Assembly: GCA_034660675.1 (NCBI GenBank)
Contig: JAYEJT010000074.1
Location: forward strand, 1-55,364
Reading direction: 5' to 3'
Source: Elusimicrobiota bacterium
GTDB lineage: Bacteria; CG03
Length of the DNA: 55,364 bases
A program made the translations under genes and the position numbers. The notes beneath the pieces are model-generated. The model was not told where the DNA came from, made no database searches, and was given only the letters and a program-made list of their open reading frames with translations. Shown here piece after piece: positions 9,368-18,482 of the stretch (position 1 is its first letter; each line of letters begins with the position of its first letter).

Positions 9368-9694
9368 TCATTTTTTTATTTGCGGGCTTTGCCCGGCCAA
9401 AGCGCTGACGGAATTTTTTGTTAACCTGATAAGGTTGTTATTTCCGGTGCTGACAACGATCTCTTTTTCCTCTATGGTCTCAATAATACCTATTATTCCG
9501 CCGGATGTTACGACCTTATTCCCTTTTTTGAGATCGCCCAGCATTTTTTTGTGTTCTTTGGCCTGCTTCTGCTGGGGCCTTATAAGGAGAAAGTAAAAGA
9601 TTACGAATATAAAAATGAGGGGCATAAAATCCTGTATTCCGGGTTGTTTGACCGCCGCCGTTCCTCCAGCATATAACATGGTTTCAAAAAACAT
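9368..9694 (-). CDS. yajC: Preprotein translocase subunit YajC
   Basis: 108 aa with a single TM helix (PLIFIFVIFYFLLIRPQQKQ), the YajC signature. Confidence 0.85.
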   Translation of the reverse strand: MFFETMLYAGGTAAVKQPGIQDFMPLIFIFVIFYFLLIRPQQKQAKEHKKMLGDLKKGNKVVTSGGIIGIIETIEEKEIVVSTGNNNLIRLTKNSVSALAGQSPQIKK

Positions 9695-10797
9695 TAATTT
9701 TCCCCCTTCCAGTTTTTCATAAATTTTTTCTTCTCTTCCGTGAAAGTTCCGTTTTTAATGGAATCCCGGATAATTCGCGTCAAGTTTATCATAAAAGATA
9801 TGTTGTGTAAAGAAGTCAGTGTTTGAGCCAGCATTTCCCGCACATTGAAAAGATGGTGTATGTAGCCGCGCGAATATTTCGTGCACGCGTGGCATCCGCA
9901 TGACGGGTCTATGGGGGACGGGTCGTTTTTAAATTTTGCGTTGCGCAGATTCATTTTTCCCGAAAAGGTGAAGGCCTGCGCGTTTCTTCCGTTTCTCGTC
10001 GGTAAAACGCAGTCCATCATGTCGGCGCCCATTTCCACCGTGTCCCATATCTCCGGCGCCGGCCCCATCCCCATGACATACCGCGGTTTGTCTTTCGGGA
10101 GCATATCCAGGTTTTCCGCGAGATGCTGCTGTCGGAGTGCAAGGGGTTCTCCCACGCCCAGGCCGCCTATGGCAAAGCCGGGGAAAGGGTGTTCCATGAG
10201 TTTTTCGGTGCACTCTCTTCTGAGGTCGGAAAAGGTGCCGCCCTGAGTGATGGCGAAAAGTTTCTGGCCGGTTTCATAACGCTTGGAGGCGTTAAGCCCT
10301 TTTTCCGCCCAGTCGCATGTTGTCCTGACGGCGCTTGCGATGTCAGCCCGGGGGGAAGGGTATTTCATGCATCTGTCCAGAGACATCACGATATCGCTGC
10401 CTATCTCAAATTGAAAAGTAACAGCTTCTTCGGGTGTTAAAAAATGTTTGCTGCCGTCGAATTTCGAACGGAATTCCACCCCGTTTTTCCGTATTTTAAA
10501 GAGAGACGACAGGGAAAAGATCTGAAAGCCGCCGGAATCAGTGAGGATGGCATTGTTCCAGTTCATGAAACGGTGGAGGCCACCGAAATTTTTCAGGGTT
10601 TTTAGACCCGGCTTCAGATAAAGGTAATACGCGTTGGAAAGAATGATCGGGCAGTTCAGCATATCGTGAGGAACGCCCTTTATGCTCGCCTGCGTTCCCA
10701 CGGGCATAAAAATAGGCGTTTCAATGACTCCGTGCGGTGTGGTCAGCTTTCCAGCTCTCGCTTTTCCACACTGCGCTGTTACTTCAAAATCTTTCAT
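9694..10797 (-). CDS. tgt: Queuine tRNA-ribosyltransferase
   Basis: 367 aa with a TIM barrel and a zinc site (CGCHACTKYSRGYIHHL). The tgt-yajC-secD-secF order is conserved. Confidence 0.9.
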   Translation of the reverse strand: MKDFEVTAQCGKARAGKLTTPHGVIETPIFMPVGTQASIKGVPHDMLNCPIILSNAYYLYLKPGLKTLKNFGGLHRFMNWNNAILTDSGGFQIFSLSSLFKIRKNGVEFRSKFDGSKHFLTPEEAVTFQFEIGSDIVMSLDRCMKYPSPRADIASAVRTTCDWAEKGLNASKRYETGQKLFAITQGGTFSDLRRECTEKLMEHPFPGFAIGGLGVGEPLALRQQHLAENLDMLPKDKPRYVMGMGPAPEIWDTVEMGADMMDCVLPTRNGRNAQAFTFSGKMNLRNAKFKNDPSPIDPSCGCHACTKYSRGYIHHLFNVREMLAQTLTSLHNISFMINLTRIIRDSIKNGTFTEEKKKFMKNWKGEN

Positions 10798-10854
10798 GGC
10801 GTTCAGTATATCATAGAAATTCCCGGAAAGGAAGAAGCTGTAAATGCTATAGAA

Positions 10855-10883
10855 TTGACAAAAAAACGTTTAATTGCGAATAT
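10855..10883 (+). promoter_or_regulatory. Putative promoter for the tRNA cluster (-35 TTGACA 10855-10860, 17-nt spacer, -10 GAATAT)
   Basis: Hexamers read 12 nt upstream of tRNA-Tyr. Confidence 0.3.
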
Positions 10884-10895
10884 AAGTGCCTTAAC

Positions 10896-10979
10896 GGACA
10901 GGTGGGAGAGTGGTTAAATCCAGCAGACTGTAAATCTGCCGTCCATCGGGCTACGGTGGTTCGAATCCACCCCTGTCCA
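10896..10979 (+). tRNA. tRNA-Tyr (GTA), type II with long variable arm
   Basis: Cloverleaf folded by hand. The acceptor is GGACAGG/CCTGTCC, the anticodon loop CTGTAAA and the T-loop TTCGAAT. Confidence 0.85.
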
Positions 10980-10987
10980 GAAATTTT

Positions 10988-11058
10988 GCGGGAGTTGCAT
11001 AGTGGTAGTGCTCCAGCCTTCCAAGCTGGAAGTGTGGGTTCGATTCCCATCTCCCGCT
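10988..11058 (+). tRNA. tRNA-Gly (TCC)
   Basis: Acceptor GCGGGAG/CTCCCGC, anticodon stem CCAGC/GCTGG with loop CTTCCAA, and T-loop TTCGATT. Confidence 0.85.
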
Positions 11059-11177
11059 TTTAATTTGAGAGGAATCGAAGCCGACCCGAAGCGCGTCCTG
11101 TGGACGATAGTGAGCGTAGCGAACGGCAAGCAAGGGCGGCCGGCTTCGGCGGAAACGCGAAAGCGTTGGGGGAGAAG

Positions 11178-11203
11178 GATTCCCATCTCCCGCTTTTAAT
11201 TTG
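11178..11203. repeat. 26-nt perfect direct repeat of the tRNA-Gly 3' end plus 9 nt of downstream flank (gattcccatctcccgcttttaatttg)
   Basis: 11042-11067 is identical to 11178-11203. The T-arm is partially similar upstream of the second copy. The arrangement is attL/attR-like with only about 110 bp between the copies. Confidence 0.6.
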
Positions 11204-11273
11204 TGATGAGTCTGCCGTGGGGCGGATGAGGATGTTTTGGTAGAAGTTGTGAGGGTTCACCCGTCACGGCATC

Positions 11274-11346
11274 GCCTGGATAGCTCAGTTGGTAGAGCAC
11301 TTCCTTGGTAAGGACGAGGTCCCGGGTTCAAATCCCGGTCCAGGCT
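11274..11346 (+). tRNA. tRNA-Thr (GGT)
   Basis: Acceptor GCCTGGA/TCCAGGC, anticodon loop TTGGTAA and T-loop TTCAAAT. There is one T-C mismatch in the anticodon stem. Confidence 0.75.
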
Positions 11347-11385
11347 TATAAAACCGGATCAATCCGGTGAAGATAGTGAGGTAAA

Positions 11386-11550
11386 ATGGCTGTAGATTTA
11401 ATGACGATAGCTTTGCGCTGTTCCGAATGTAAAATGAAGAATTATTTTTTCAGGAAGAACAAGAAAAAGAAAGGCGCGAAAAAGCTTGAGTTGAAAAAAT
11501 ATTGCTCAACCTGCAAAAAGCACACTGTGCACAAGCAGGCAAAAGTTTAG
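11386..11550 (+). CDS. rpmG: 50S ribosomal protein L33
   Basis: 54 aa, below the ORF-track cutoff. MAVDLMTIALRCSECKMKNYFFRKNKKKKGAKKLELKKYCSTCKKHTVHKQAKV fits the L33 zinc-ribbon pattern (C-x2-C ... C-x2-C, ELKKYC). It has a GAGG SD, and its stop overlaps the tRNA-Trp 5' end. Confidence 0.8.
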   Translation: MAVDLMTIALRCSECKMKNYFFRKNKKKKGAKKLELKKYCSTCKKHTVHKQAKV

Positions 11551-11622
11551 GCCCGTAGCACAACTGGCTAGTGCGCCGGTCTCCAAAACCGGAGGTTGAA
11601 GGTTCAAGTCCTTCCGGGCCTG
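11549..11622 (+). tRNA. tRNA-Trp (CCA)
   Basis: Acceptor AGGCCCG/CGGGCCT, anticodon stem CCGGT/ACCGG with loop CTCCAAA, and T-arm GAAGG-TTCAAGT-CCTTC. Confidence 0.85.
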
Positions 11623-11634
11623 ATAAAATAACTT

Positions 11635-12342
11635 TTAACAGTCGCCGCGGAGCTGGGTGAGGCGTTGTTTCATCAGTTCCCGTGCGGGTTCTTCCGCGTT
11701 GATCGTTTTCTCTATTGTAAGTTTTGTCCTGGACTGTTTATTGATAAAATCTTTTAACCATATAATACCGCCGATTTCGACGGTTACGTTTTCCATCTTT
11801 GACAGCATCTGCCTGTAAAATTCCAGCTGAAGGGAATATTTTGCGAGTTTGCCGCGGTTTATCATGCGGCTTGTTTTTATGTCCCAGACAACCCAGCGGT
11901 CGGAATGTTTTTCAATTATGTCTATGGTGCCGGCGATCAGAAGTTGTTCGTCATGCACAATTGTTTCCGACAGGAGTTCCCCTTTAAAATCCAGATCCGA
12001 AAATTGATTGACAACCGAGAGCATGTTCCTGTCTTCCGGCTTTTTCCGGTGCTTGATGTAATCTTCAATTGACGAATGAACGTCGCAGCCGGTTTGGGTT
12101 GTTTTTTCCCAGAAGGCCAGCACCTCTTTTTTTGTCCATCCGTAATAACGGCTGTTTTTATAACGTCTGACTTTATCGGCTATTTTTTCCGCGTCAAATG
12201 TTTCAGAATTTTGTGCTATCAGCTGCGTGACGCTTATATAATCATTGCCGTTTTCGTCCCTGTAGCTGTGATCTTCCTCGGTAAAAGTTATTTTTGCCAT
12301 TTTTCCTCCCGGAGACGGAATCAATCCTGTCCCGCTAATCAT
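11635..12342 (-). CDS. PD-(D/E)XK-family nuclease-like protein (hypothetical)
   Basis: 235 aa. GTIDII ... VVWDIKTS resembles the PD-(D/E)XK core (D ... D/E-x-K). It occupies the position where secE-nusG usually follows tRNA-Trp. Confidence 0.45.
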   Translation of the reverse strand: MISGTGLIPSPGGKMAKITFTEEDHSYRDENGNDYISVTQLIAQNSETFDAEKIADKVRRYKNSRYYGWTKKEVLAFWEKTTQTGCDVHSSIEDYIKHRKKPEDRNMLSVVNQFSDLDFKGELLSETIVHDEQLLIAGTIDIIEKHSDRWVVWDIKTSRMINRGKLAKYSLQLEFYRQMLSKMENVTVEIGGIIWLKDFINKQSRTKLTIEKTINAEEPARELMKQRLTQLRGDC

Positions 12343-12548
12343 CTATATACGGCTTTTTCCGGACCCGCCGTATATGTATATATAGCATTTTTTCCGCAAA
12401 AAAATAATGAGGCCGTTCCGGCTTAAGTGTTGAATCTGTCATTTCGGGATTTTCTCGAAATATCATTTTTTATTAAGGACGTCCCCATTTTCTGATAACT
12501 GCAAAAAAAATGTTATACTGTGCTGATTCAGAAAAAAAAGGAGGGGAG

Positions 12549-13817
12549 ATGCTTGAATACGAAAAATATAAACTGAAGAACGGGATTACGGTTCTTTTGG
12601 CGCCTTTGGCCAACACCATGATAGCCAACATAGAGATATACGTAAAAATAGGTTCACGTTACGAGAGAGCCGCCAATAACGGGATAACGCATTTGATAGA
12701 ACACATGCTTTTTAAAGGCACGAAAAAGCGTCCGCGGGGAATTGATATCTCCATGGAGGCCGAAAATATGGGGGCTCACATGAATGCCGGAACGGCTAAG
12801 AGCTTCTGCCGGCTTTACGCGAATTCTCTGTCGGAGTATTTTGAAAAATGTATGGACATGCTCTCGGACATGCTTTGCAATTCCCAATTCAGGGAGGAAA
12901 ACATAGCTCTTGAGCGCGGTTCAATCATGGAGGAGATAAAGCATTACAGAGATATCCCTTCTTACCGTGTCGGCGAGATGTACGACAGGCTTCTGTTTAA
13001 AGACAACCCTCTTTCACTGCCCATAGGAGGCAGCGAGGAAAGTCTTGCCGGCATGAAACGGAAAAATTTGTTTGATTTTGTTAAAAAGCATTTTACCGCA
13101 AAGAATATTATTATTTCCGCCTCGGGCGGGATTGAACCGGGAAAGACCAGAGAACTTATAGAAAATTATTTTGGGGGAGTAAAACCCGGTGTGAAAAACA
13201 GATACCGGACTTTGAGCGTGAGTCAAAGCCGGAGCGCGATGATTTCCGAGTTGAAGAAAACGGAACAGACACAGATATGGATAGGCGCAAGGTCCTTTGA
13301 ATACGGTCATCCTGATTTTTTTGCCCTCGGGATTATGAATATTCTTCTCGGAGGCAGTCCGTCTTCGCGGCTTTTCAAGGCCCTTCGCGAAAACACTGGC
13401 CTTGTTTATTCGGTACAGTCCGCGAACATGAGCGGCCGCGATTACGGGCATTTGCTCATTACCGCTGGATGCGCTCACGCCAAGAGCGGCGCAGTTGTAA
13501 AAATCATTCTTTCGGAATTGAGAAAACTGCGGGAAAAAAATGTCACAGCATCCGAATTAAAAAGAGTGAAGAACGCTGTAAGAAGTTCGCTTTATATGTC
13601 GCTGGACAGTTCCGCGGGCATAGCTCATTATCTTGTGAGCGAGGAAACGGCCAAGGGTAAAATTATGTCACCTGAGGAAAAACTTTCTCTGATTGACAGG
13701 GTGACAGCATCGGACATAAGGAGAGTGTCCGGGAGAATTTTCAAAAACAGCCGTATGAATCTGGCTATGATAGGGCCCGTTCCGGAGCAGGAAATAAAAC
13801 CGCTGTTTAAGTTATGA
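12549..13817 (+). CDS. M16-family zinc metallopeptidase (insulinase/pitrilysin-like)
   Basis: HLIEHMLFKGT inverted zinc motif (HxxEH). The start is set at the ATG preceded by AAGGAGG (12537-12543). The tracked ORF begins upstream at 12510. Confidence 0.8.
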   Translation: MLEYEKYKLKNGITVLLAPLANTMIANIEIYVKIGSRYERAANNGITHLIEHMLFKGTKKRPRGIDISMEAENMGAHMNAGTAKSFCRLYANSLSEYFEKCMDMLSDMLCNSQFREENIALERGSIMEEIKHYRDIPSYRVGEMYDRLLFKDNPLSLPIGGSEESLAGMKRKNLFDFVKKHFTAKNIIISASGGIEPGKTRELIENYFGGVKPGVKNRYRTLSVSQSRSAMISELKKTEQTQIWIGARSFEYGHPDFFALGIMNILLGGSPSSRLFKALRENTGLVYSVQSANMSGRDYGHLLITAGCAHAKSGAVVKIILSELRKLREKNVTASELKRVKNAVRSSLYMSLDSSAGIAHYLVSEETAKGKIMSPEEKLSLIDRVTASDIRRVSGRIFKNSRMNLAMIGPVPEQEIKPLFKL

Positions 13818-13824
13818 GATTTTG

Positions 13825-13853
13825 TTGACACTGTGCGGGCAACTTTGTATAAA
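13825..13853 (+). promoter_or_regulatory. sigma70-like promoter (-35 TTGACA 13825-13830, 17-nt spacer, -10 TATAAA 13848-13853) 6 nt upstream of the ATG at 13860
   Basis: Read directly. It lies inside the 5' extension of tracked ORF 13833-14510, so the real start is probably 13860 and the transcript leaderless. Confidence 0.5.
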
Positions 13854-13859
13854 TTACCG

Positions 13860-14510
13860 ATGAACGCAAATAAAAATAATAAAACCAGAACCGTCCCCGT
13901 TTTTTCCGTTTTTTCCGTTTTGCTGATTGTGTTTGCGGGGTGTGTTTTCGCTCAGGACCCGCTCGCGCCTTCCTGCGAAGCCAGCCTTTCTCCGGTGCAG
14001 GCCGGGATTGTTATGGAGTGGGATAATTATTCCAAGAGCGCTTTCGGGAACGATTTCAGGAGCGGAAAATATTTTTTAAGACTCAGAAAATATTCGTTTC
14101 CCTATCTTTACGGGTTCAAGGTGGGGAGAGAGGATGTTTTCGAGCCCGATCATCTGTCGCTTGGTTCTGTCGGGGCTGAATTTTCTTATGTGTTTGTGGA
14201 AGACAGCATCATAACCCCTATGGTCATGACAGGCGGCGAAGTTCTTTATTCCAGGAATTTTGACAGTGAACGTGTTTTTGCCGCTTCGGCGCATGCGCTT
14301 TTTTCAAAGGAAATAAATAAAATTATGCCTTATTTCGGGCCGGAACTTAAATATGTAAAATTGAACAATGACATGTTTTCGGACGATTCGCTTAAATTAA
14401 ATTTGATACTCGGTGTGAAATTTTATTCGTATCCGGGGTCAAGTTACGGCATAAGTTTTTCGCTGGGGAGCCTTGGCGGATGGGGCGTGTTCTTTAACAA
14501 CTCATGGTAG
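13860..14510 (+). CDS. Secreted small beta-barrel-like outer membrane protein (hypothetical)
   Basis: MNANKNNK... start followed by a hydrophobic signal peptide (VPVFSVFSVLLIVFAGCVFA). It has alternating amphipathic strands and a C-terminal aromatic residue (NNSW), typical of OM beta-barrels. Confidence 0.45.
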   Translation: MNANKNNKTRTVPVFSVFSVLLIVFAGCVFAQDPLAPSCEASLSPVQAGIVMEWDNYSKSAFGNDFRSGKYFLRLRKYSFPYLYGFKVGREDVFEPDHLSLGSVGAEFSYVFVEDSIITPMVMTGGEVLYSRNFDSERVFAASAHALFSKEINKIMPYFGPELKYVKLNNDMFSDDSLKLNLILGVKFYSYPGSSYGISFSLGSLGGWGVFFNNSW

Positions 14511-15004
14511 AGGAAATAACCATATACGGCGATCCTGTTTTAAGAAGACGCGCGGAAGAAATAAAAAATGTGGGGGACCGTATAAAAAACATGCTGCGCG
14601 ATATGGCTCAGACAATGATTGAAGGCGGCGGGATAGGCCTTGCCGCGCCGCAGATAGGAATACCTTTGCGCGCTGCGGTTATAAATACAACCGGCCGGGA
14701 TGAGGATCTTATTTGCGTGGTAAACCCTGTTATAGAATCAACCTCGGGCGGAAACGTCATAAAAGAAGGGTGTTTGAGCATTCCCGGTATTTTTGAAAAG
14801 GTGAAAAGACCGGAATTTGTCAGGGTGAGAGCGCTGGATATGGAAGGCCGGGAGCGGGTGATAGAGACGGGTGATATGGCCGCGCGGGTTCTGCAGCATG
14901 AAATAGATCATTTGAACGGTGTGCTTTTTGTAGACAAAATAGCTTTTTACAGAAAAATTTTTATACGCAAGGCTTTATCAAGATTAAAATCAGCCGGAAA
15001 ATAA
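14504..15004 (+). CDS. def: Peptide deformylase
   Basis: Motifs GIGLAAPQIG, EGCLSIPG and HEIDHLNG. Confidence 0.9.
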   Translation: MVEEITIYGDPVLRRRAEEIKNVGDRIKNMLRDMAQTMIEGGGIGLAAPQIGIPLRAAVINTTGRDEDLICVVNPVIESTSGGNVIKEGCLSIPGIFEKVKRPEFVRVRALDMEGRERVIETGDMAARVLQHEIDHLNGVLFVDKIAFYRKIFIRKALSRLKSAGK

Positions 15005-15017
15005 GGGGCCAAAACCA

Positions 15018-15920
15018 ATGAGGGCTATAGTTTTTTCAACATCTCCGGATTTTATTGCCACGATTCCGCATGCTTTGCGGAACGCCGGATGCGAGGTGCC
15101 GGCGGTTGTTTGCGGTCACTCTTCCTTTTTTAATGAAAATTCACCGGAATTTCCGGGCACTGAAATTATCAGGGTGTCCCAGGTTAACACGCCTTCGTTT
15201 TTAGACAGACTAAAAAATTTTAGCCCCGATTTGTTCGTTGTTGTGTCGTTCGGAAAAATATTTTCTGAAGAATTTCTTGCCGTGCCGAAGCTGGGAGCGG
15301 TTAACATACATTTTTCACTTTTGCCCGCTTACCGCGGAGCGGCTCCGATCGAGTGGTCTGTTTTTAACGGCGAAAAACGCACGGGAATTACTGTTTTTAA
15401 AATAATAAAGACGCTTGACGGCGGCGACATAATAAACGCGAGGTGTTTTGATATAGGTGACGGTGAGACAGCTTCGGCCCTTTACGGAAGGCTCGCGGCC
15501 GCGTCGGGGGATGTTATAAAAGAGACCATTCGTCTTATTTCAAACCCGGATTTTCAGCTTCGTCCGCAAAAAGGGGATGTTTCCTATGCTCCGCGGATTG
15601 AAAAAAGTGACGGTTTGCTGGATTTTAAAAAAGACAGCGCTGATGTGATATACAGAAAGGTGCGTGCGTTTTCGGGAAAGATAAACATGTCGGCTGTGAT
15701 TCGCGGAGAGAGGGTCATAATAAAGGAAGCGGAGCTTGTTGAAAATACCGTTAACGCTTCTCCGGGAACGCTGCTCTCCGCAGAAAAAGATAAAGGGTTT
15801 TCCGTCAACTGCGCGGAAGGCGCGGTGATGCTGACTTCCGTTCAGCCGGCGGGGAAAAAACAAATGGGCGGATGGGAATTCGTCATAGGCCGCCGCTTAT
15901 CCCAGGGCGATAAAATATAA
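15018..15920 (+). CDS. fmt: Methionyl-tRNA formyltransferase
   Basis: 300 aa following def. It has a formyltransferase N-domain (NIHFSLLPAYRGAAPIEW) and a C-terminal domain. Confidence 0.85.
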   Translation: MRAIVFSTSPDFIATIPHALRNAGCEVPAVVCGHSSFFNENSPEFPGTEIIRVSQVNTPSFLDRLKNFSPDLFVVVSFGKIFSEEFLAVPKLGAVNIHFSLLPAYRGAAPIEWSVFNGEKRTGITVFKIIKTLDGGDIINARCFDIGDGETASALYGRLAAASGDVIKETIRLISNPDFQLRPQKGDVSYAPRIEKSDGLLDFKKDSADVIYRKVRAFSGKINMSAVIRGERVIIKEAELVENTVNASPGTLLSAEKDKGFSVNCAEGAVMLTSVQPAGKKQMGGWEFVIGRRLSQGDKI

Positions 15921-15960
15921 CCTGATCTCAATTTTCTAACGCAACACCAGCCAGCTTTTT

Positions 15961-15983
15961 AAACGCCTCATAAGGCGTTTTCC
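15961..15983 (+). terminator. Intrinsic terminator after fmt (aacgcc-tcataa-ggcgtt followed by a T-rich tract)
   Basis: Hairpin and T-run read directly. Confidence 0.4.
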
Positions 15984-16104
15984 AATCCCAAACTTTTCGC
16001 GGCCTACCGAATGGACAGCCGCGTTTTGTTCCGGTGAGGCTTGACAGATATGGAAAAGTATAGTAAATTACATTATAGAAAAAAGTATAATGCTTTAAGT
16101 TATA

Positions 16105-17253
16105 GTGGTTTTTTTGAGGAGAGCTTTTATGGAAAATCCTTTTAGGTATGGTGAAACGGTAACGGGCAAATATTTTACGAATCGTAAAAAAGAGATTCGT
16201 GATATAAAGAATACCATAAAATCAGCCCAGAATATGTTTATTTATTCATCCCGCAGAATGGGAAAAACGTCGTTATTAAAAACAGTTATTGAATTACTGA
16301 AGAAGGATCATTCAATTGTGCCGGTTTATGTTGATTTGCAGCGAGCTGCTTCAGCGGGGCAGTTTGTTGAAATTTATTCTGCCGCGATAAGCAGGGCTTT
16401 TATTACAAAAGAGGCAAAAATAAAAAAGGCGGGAAGTTTTTTTAAAAGGATTGTGCCGAGTTTCGAAATTGCCGAAGACGGAAAATTGAGGTTTTCGTTT
16501 GATTTTTCAAAAACGTCAAAAGGGGTAGAAAAAGCGATAGAGGAAGTGTACGAAATACCCCAGAAAATAGCCGTAAAATATAAAAAGAGGGTGGTGGTTG
16601 TTTTTGATGAGTTTCAGGAAATAAGTCAGTATGACGGGGCGGCATTTGAAAAGAAATTAAGATCTTTTATCCAGCACCATGATAAGGTTTGTTATATTTT
16701 CATGGGCAGTAAAACGCATATAATTCTGGATATGTTCAAGAATCCCCATCGGGCTTTTTATCAATCTGCTAAAATATATCCGCTTTTTGCTATTCCGCAA
16801 AAGGATTTAGAAAAGTTTATTATTGAGAGATTTAAATCCACAGGAAGACAGATAACAAAAGAATTGGCCTGTAAAATTGTAAGAATGGTCAGGCAAAGTC
16901 CATATCATCTTCAGCAACTGTGTTCCACGATCTGGCTGGCGGGTAAAAATAAAATTAAAGAAGTGGATATGCAGACAGCGCTGGATAATATTATGCGCAC
17001 GCAGAACGAATTGTTTTACAGTTGGTATGATTCTGTTTCTATGCATCAACGGGCGGTTTTGGGGGCGTTGCCGCAAGAGCGGGGAATATTTTCAAACGAT
17101 GTAAGACTGAAGTATAATCTGGGCAGCTCTTCCACGGTGCAGGCTTCGGTTGGGGCTCTTGTTAAGAAAAATTTTATTGTTAAAGACGGAAATCAATATA
17201 GATTGTTTGATCCTTTTTTTGAAATGTGGCTTATAAAAAATATTTCCGGTTAG
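16105..17253 (+). CDS. AAA+ ATPase of the archaeal-ATPase type (PF01637/COG1672-like)
   Basis: Walker A SRRMGKTSLL and Walker B VVVFDEFQE. The C-terminal part is winged-helix-like. The gene is monocistronic with a GAGGAG SD. Confidence 0.65.
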   Translation: MVFLRRAFMENPFRYGETVTGKYFTNRKKEIRDIKNTIKSAQNMFIYSSRRMGKTSLLKTVIELLKKDHSIVPVYVDLQRAASAGQFVEIYSAAISRAFITKEAKIKKAGSFFKRIVPSFEIAEDGKLRFSFDFSKTSKGVEKAIEEVYEIPQKIAVKYKKRVVVVFDEFQEISQYDGAAFEKKLRSFIQHHDKVCYIFMGSKTHIILDMFKNPHRAFYQSAKIYPLFAIPQKDLEKFIIERFKSTGRQITKELACKIVRMVRQSPYHLQQLCSTIWLAGKNKIKEVDMQTALDNIMRTQNELFYSWYDSVSMHQRAVLGALPQERGIFSNDVRLKYNLGSSSTVQASVGALVKKNFIVKDGNQYRLFDPFFEMWLIKNISG

Positions 17254-17306
17254 TATTTTTTGGCTTCGCTCCTGTGTGACTTGAGAAGAAATACAAAAAT
17301 TTTCAA

Positions 17307-18347
17307 TCAGAGTTCGGAAATGACGGAGTTTGAGACTAACCAGCCTTTTTCCGTAAAAACGCTTTTTTCATTTTTCTTTTTCACCCAGCCGCGGGCTATG
17401 AATTTATCGTGTTTTTTCCTGTAGGGAATGCCTTCAAGTGTTCTTAGCGCGAGGAATTTTTTCTCAAAATTCATTTTTTTCCTATCCAGTGTTTCTTCCG
17501 ATTTTTTTAGAGGTGCGCGCAGATAGCTTTTTATGAACGCTCCCGTGAGACGTTTGCTGCCGAATGATGAAACCGCGCCCGCGCCCAGACCTGCGTAGCC
17601 GCCCCGCCGCCAGTAGTTGATATTATGGCGGGATTTTTTTCCCGGTTTTGCGAAATTTGATATCTCATAATGTGCGAATCCGGATTTTTTCAATTCACGG
17701 CACAGTGTTTCGTACATAGACGCGATTATATTGTTTTTCGGGGGAGCTTCTTTCAGAATATTTTTTCTTCCCGAAGGAGGCGTGTAAATATAGGCGGAGA
17801 TGTGTTCGGGGTCAAGAGCTGTGATTCTTTTTAAAGTGCCGTAAAATGACTGTGCGCTTTGTCCGGGGAAACCGTAGATGATATCCGTGTTGATGTTGGA
17901 AAATCCCGCTTTCCGGGCATTAAGGAAAACCTTTTCCGCATCTTCAGGAGAGTGATCTCTGTTTGCTTTTAATAGAAGCTTCCTGTCCAGAAACTGTATG
18001 CCTATGGAAAGGCGGTTGACGCTGTTTGCGCGCAAAAAGGACAGAATGCGTTCTGTCGCCGATCGCGGGTTCACCTCTACCGTTGTTTCACAGTTTTTTG
18101 AAAAGCGGAAATTCCGACGCAGGATCTCAAAAACAGCGGAAAACTCTCCAGCGCTGAAAACGGAGGGGGTACCGCCGCCGATATAAAGAGTTTTTATTTC
18201 TCCGCAAAGGGACCTGAAATAAACAGCGTCTTTTTCCAGCGCGCGGATATAGCTGCTTTTTAAAGAAAGGTCTGTCTGCGAATAGAAATCGCAGTAAGAG
18301 CAGCGCCGCAGACAGAAGGGCAGATGTATATAAACAGAGTTGATCAT
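17307..18347 (-). CDS. hemW: Radical SAM protein, HemW/HemN-like (oxygen-independent coproporphyrinogen-III oxidase-like)
   Basis: IHLPFCLRRCSYCDF carries the CxxxCxxC cluster motif, and a HemN C-terminal domain is present. Confidence 0.8.
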   Translation of the reverse strand: MINSVYIHLPFCLRRCSYCDFYSQTDLSLKSSYIRALEKDAVYFRSLCGEIKTLYIGGGTPSVFSAGEFSAVFEILRRNFRFSKNCETTVEVNPRSATERILSFLRANSVNRLSIGIQFLDRKLLLKANRDHSPEDAEKVFLNARKAGFSNINTDIIYGFPGQSAQSFYGTLKRITALDPEHISAYIYTPPSGRKNILKEAPPKNNIIASMYETLCRELKKSGFAHYEISNFAKPGKKSRHNINYWRRGGYAGLGAGAVSSFGSKRLTGAFIKSYLRAPLKKSEETLDRKKMNFEKKFLALRTLEGIPYRKKHDKFIARGWVKKKNEKSVFTEKGWLVSNSVISEL

Positions 18348-18355
18348 TTTTTTTA

Positions 18356-18428
18356 AGCCCGAGAGCGGGATCGAACCGCTGACCTGCTCATTACGAATGA
18401 GCTGCTCTACCAGCTGAGCTACCCGGGC
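18356..18428 (-). tRNA. tRNA-Thr (CGT)
   Basis: The reverse complement folds as GCCCGGG-TA-GCTC..GAGC-A-GCTCA-TTCGTAA-TGAGC-AGGTC-AGCGG-TTCGATC-CCGCT-CTCGGGC-T. Confidence 0.8.
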
Positions 18429-18482
18429 TATAGATTAAGGACTCATTAACAGAGATTATAATTTTTGCTATCATAATTTGCA

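Noticed and set aside
13833-13859. N-terminal extension MRATLYKLP of tracked ORF 13833-14510
   Set aside because: The extension is made of the -35/-10 promoter hexamers (TTGACA ... TATAAA). The real start is the ATG at 13860.
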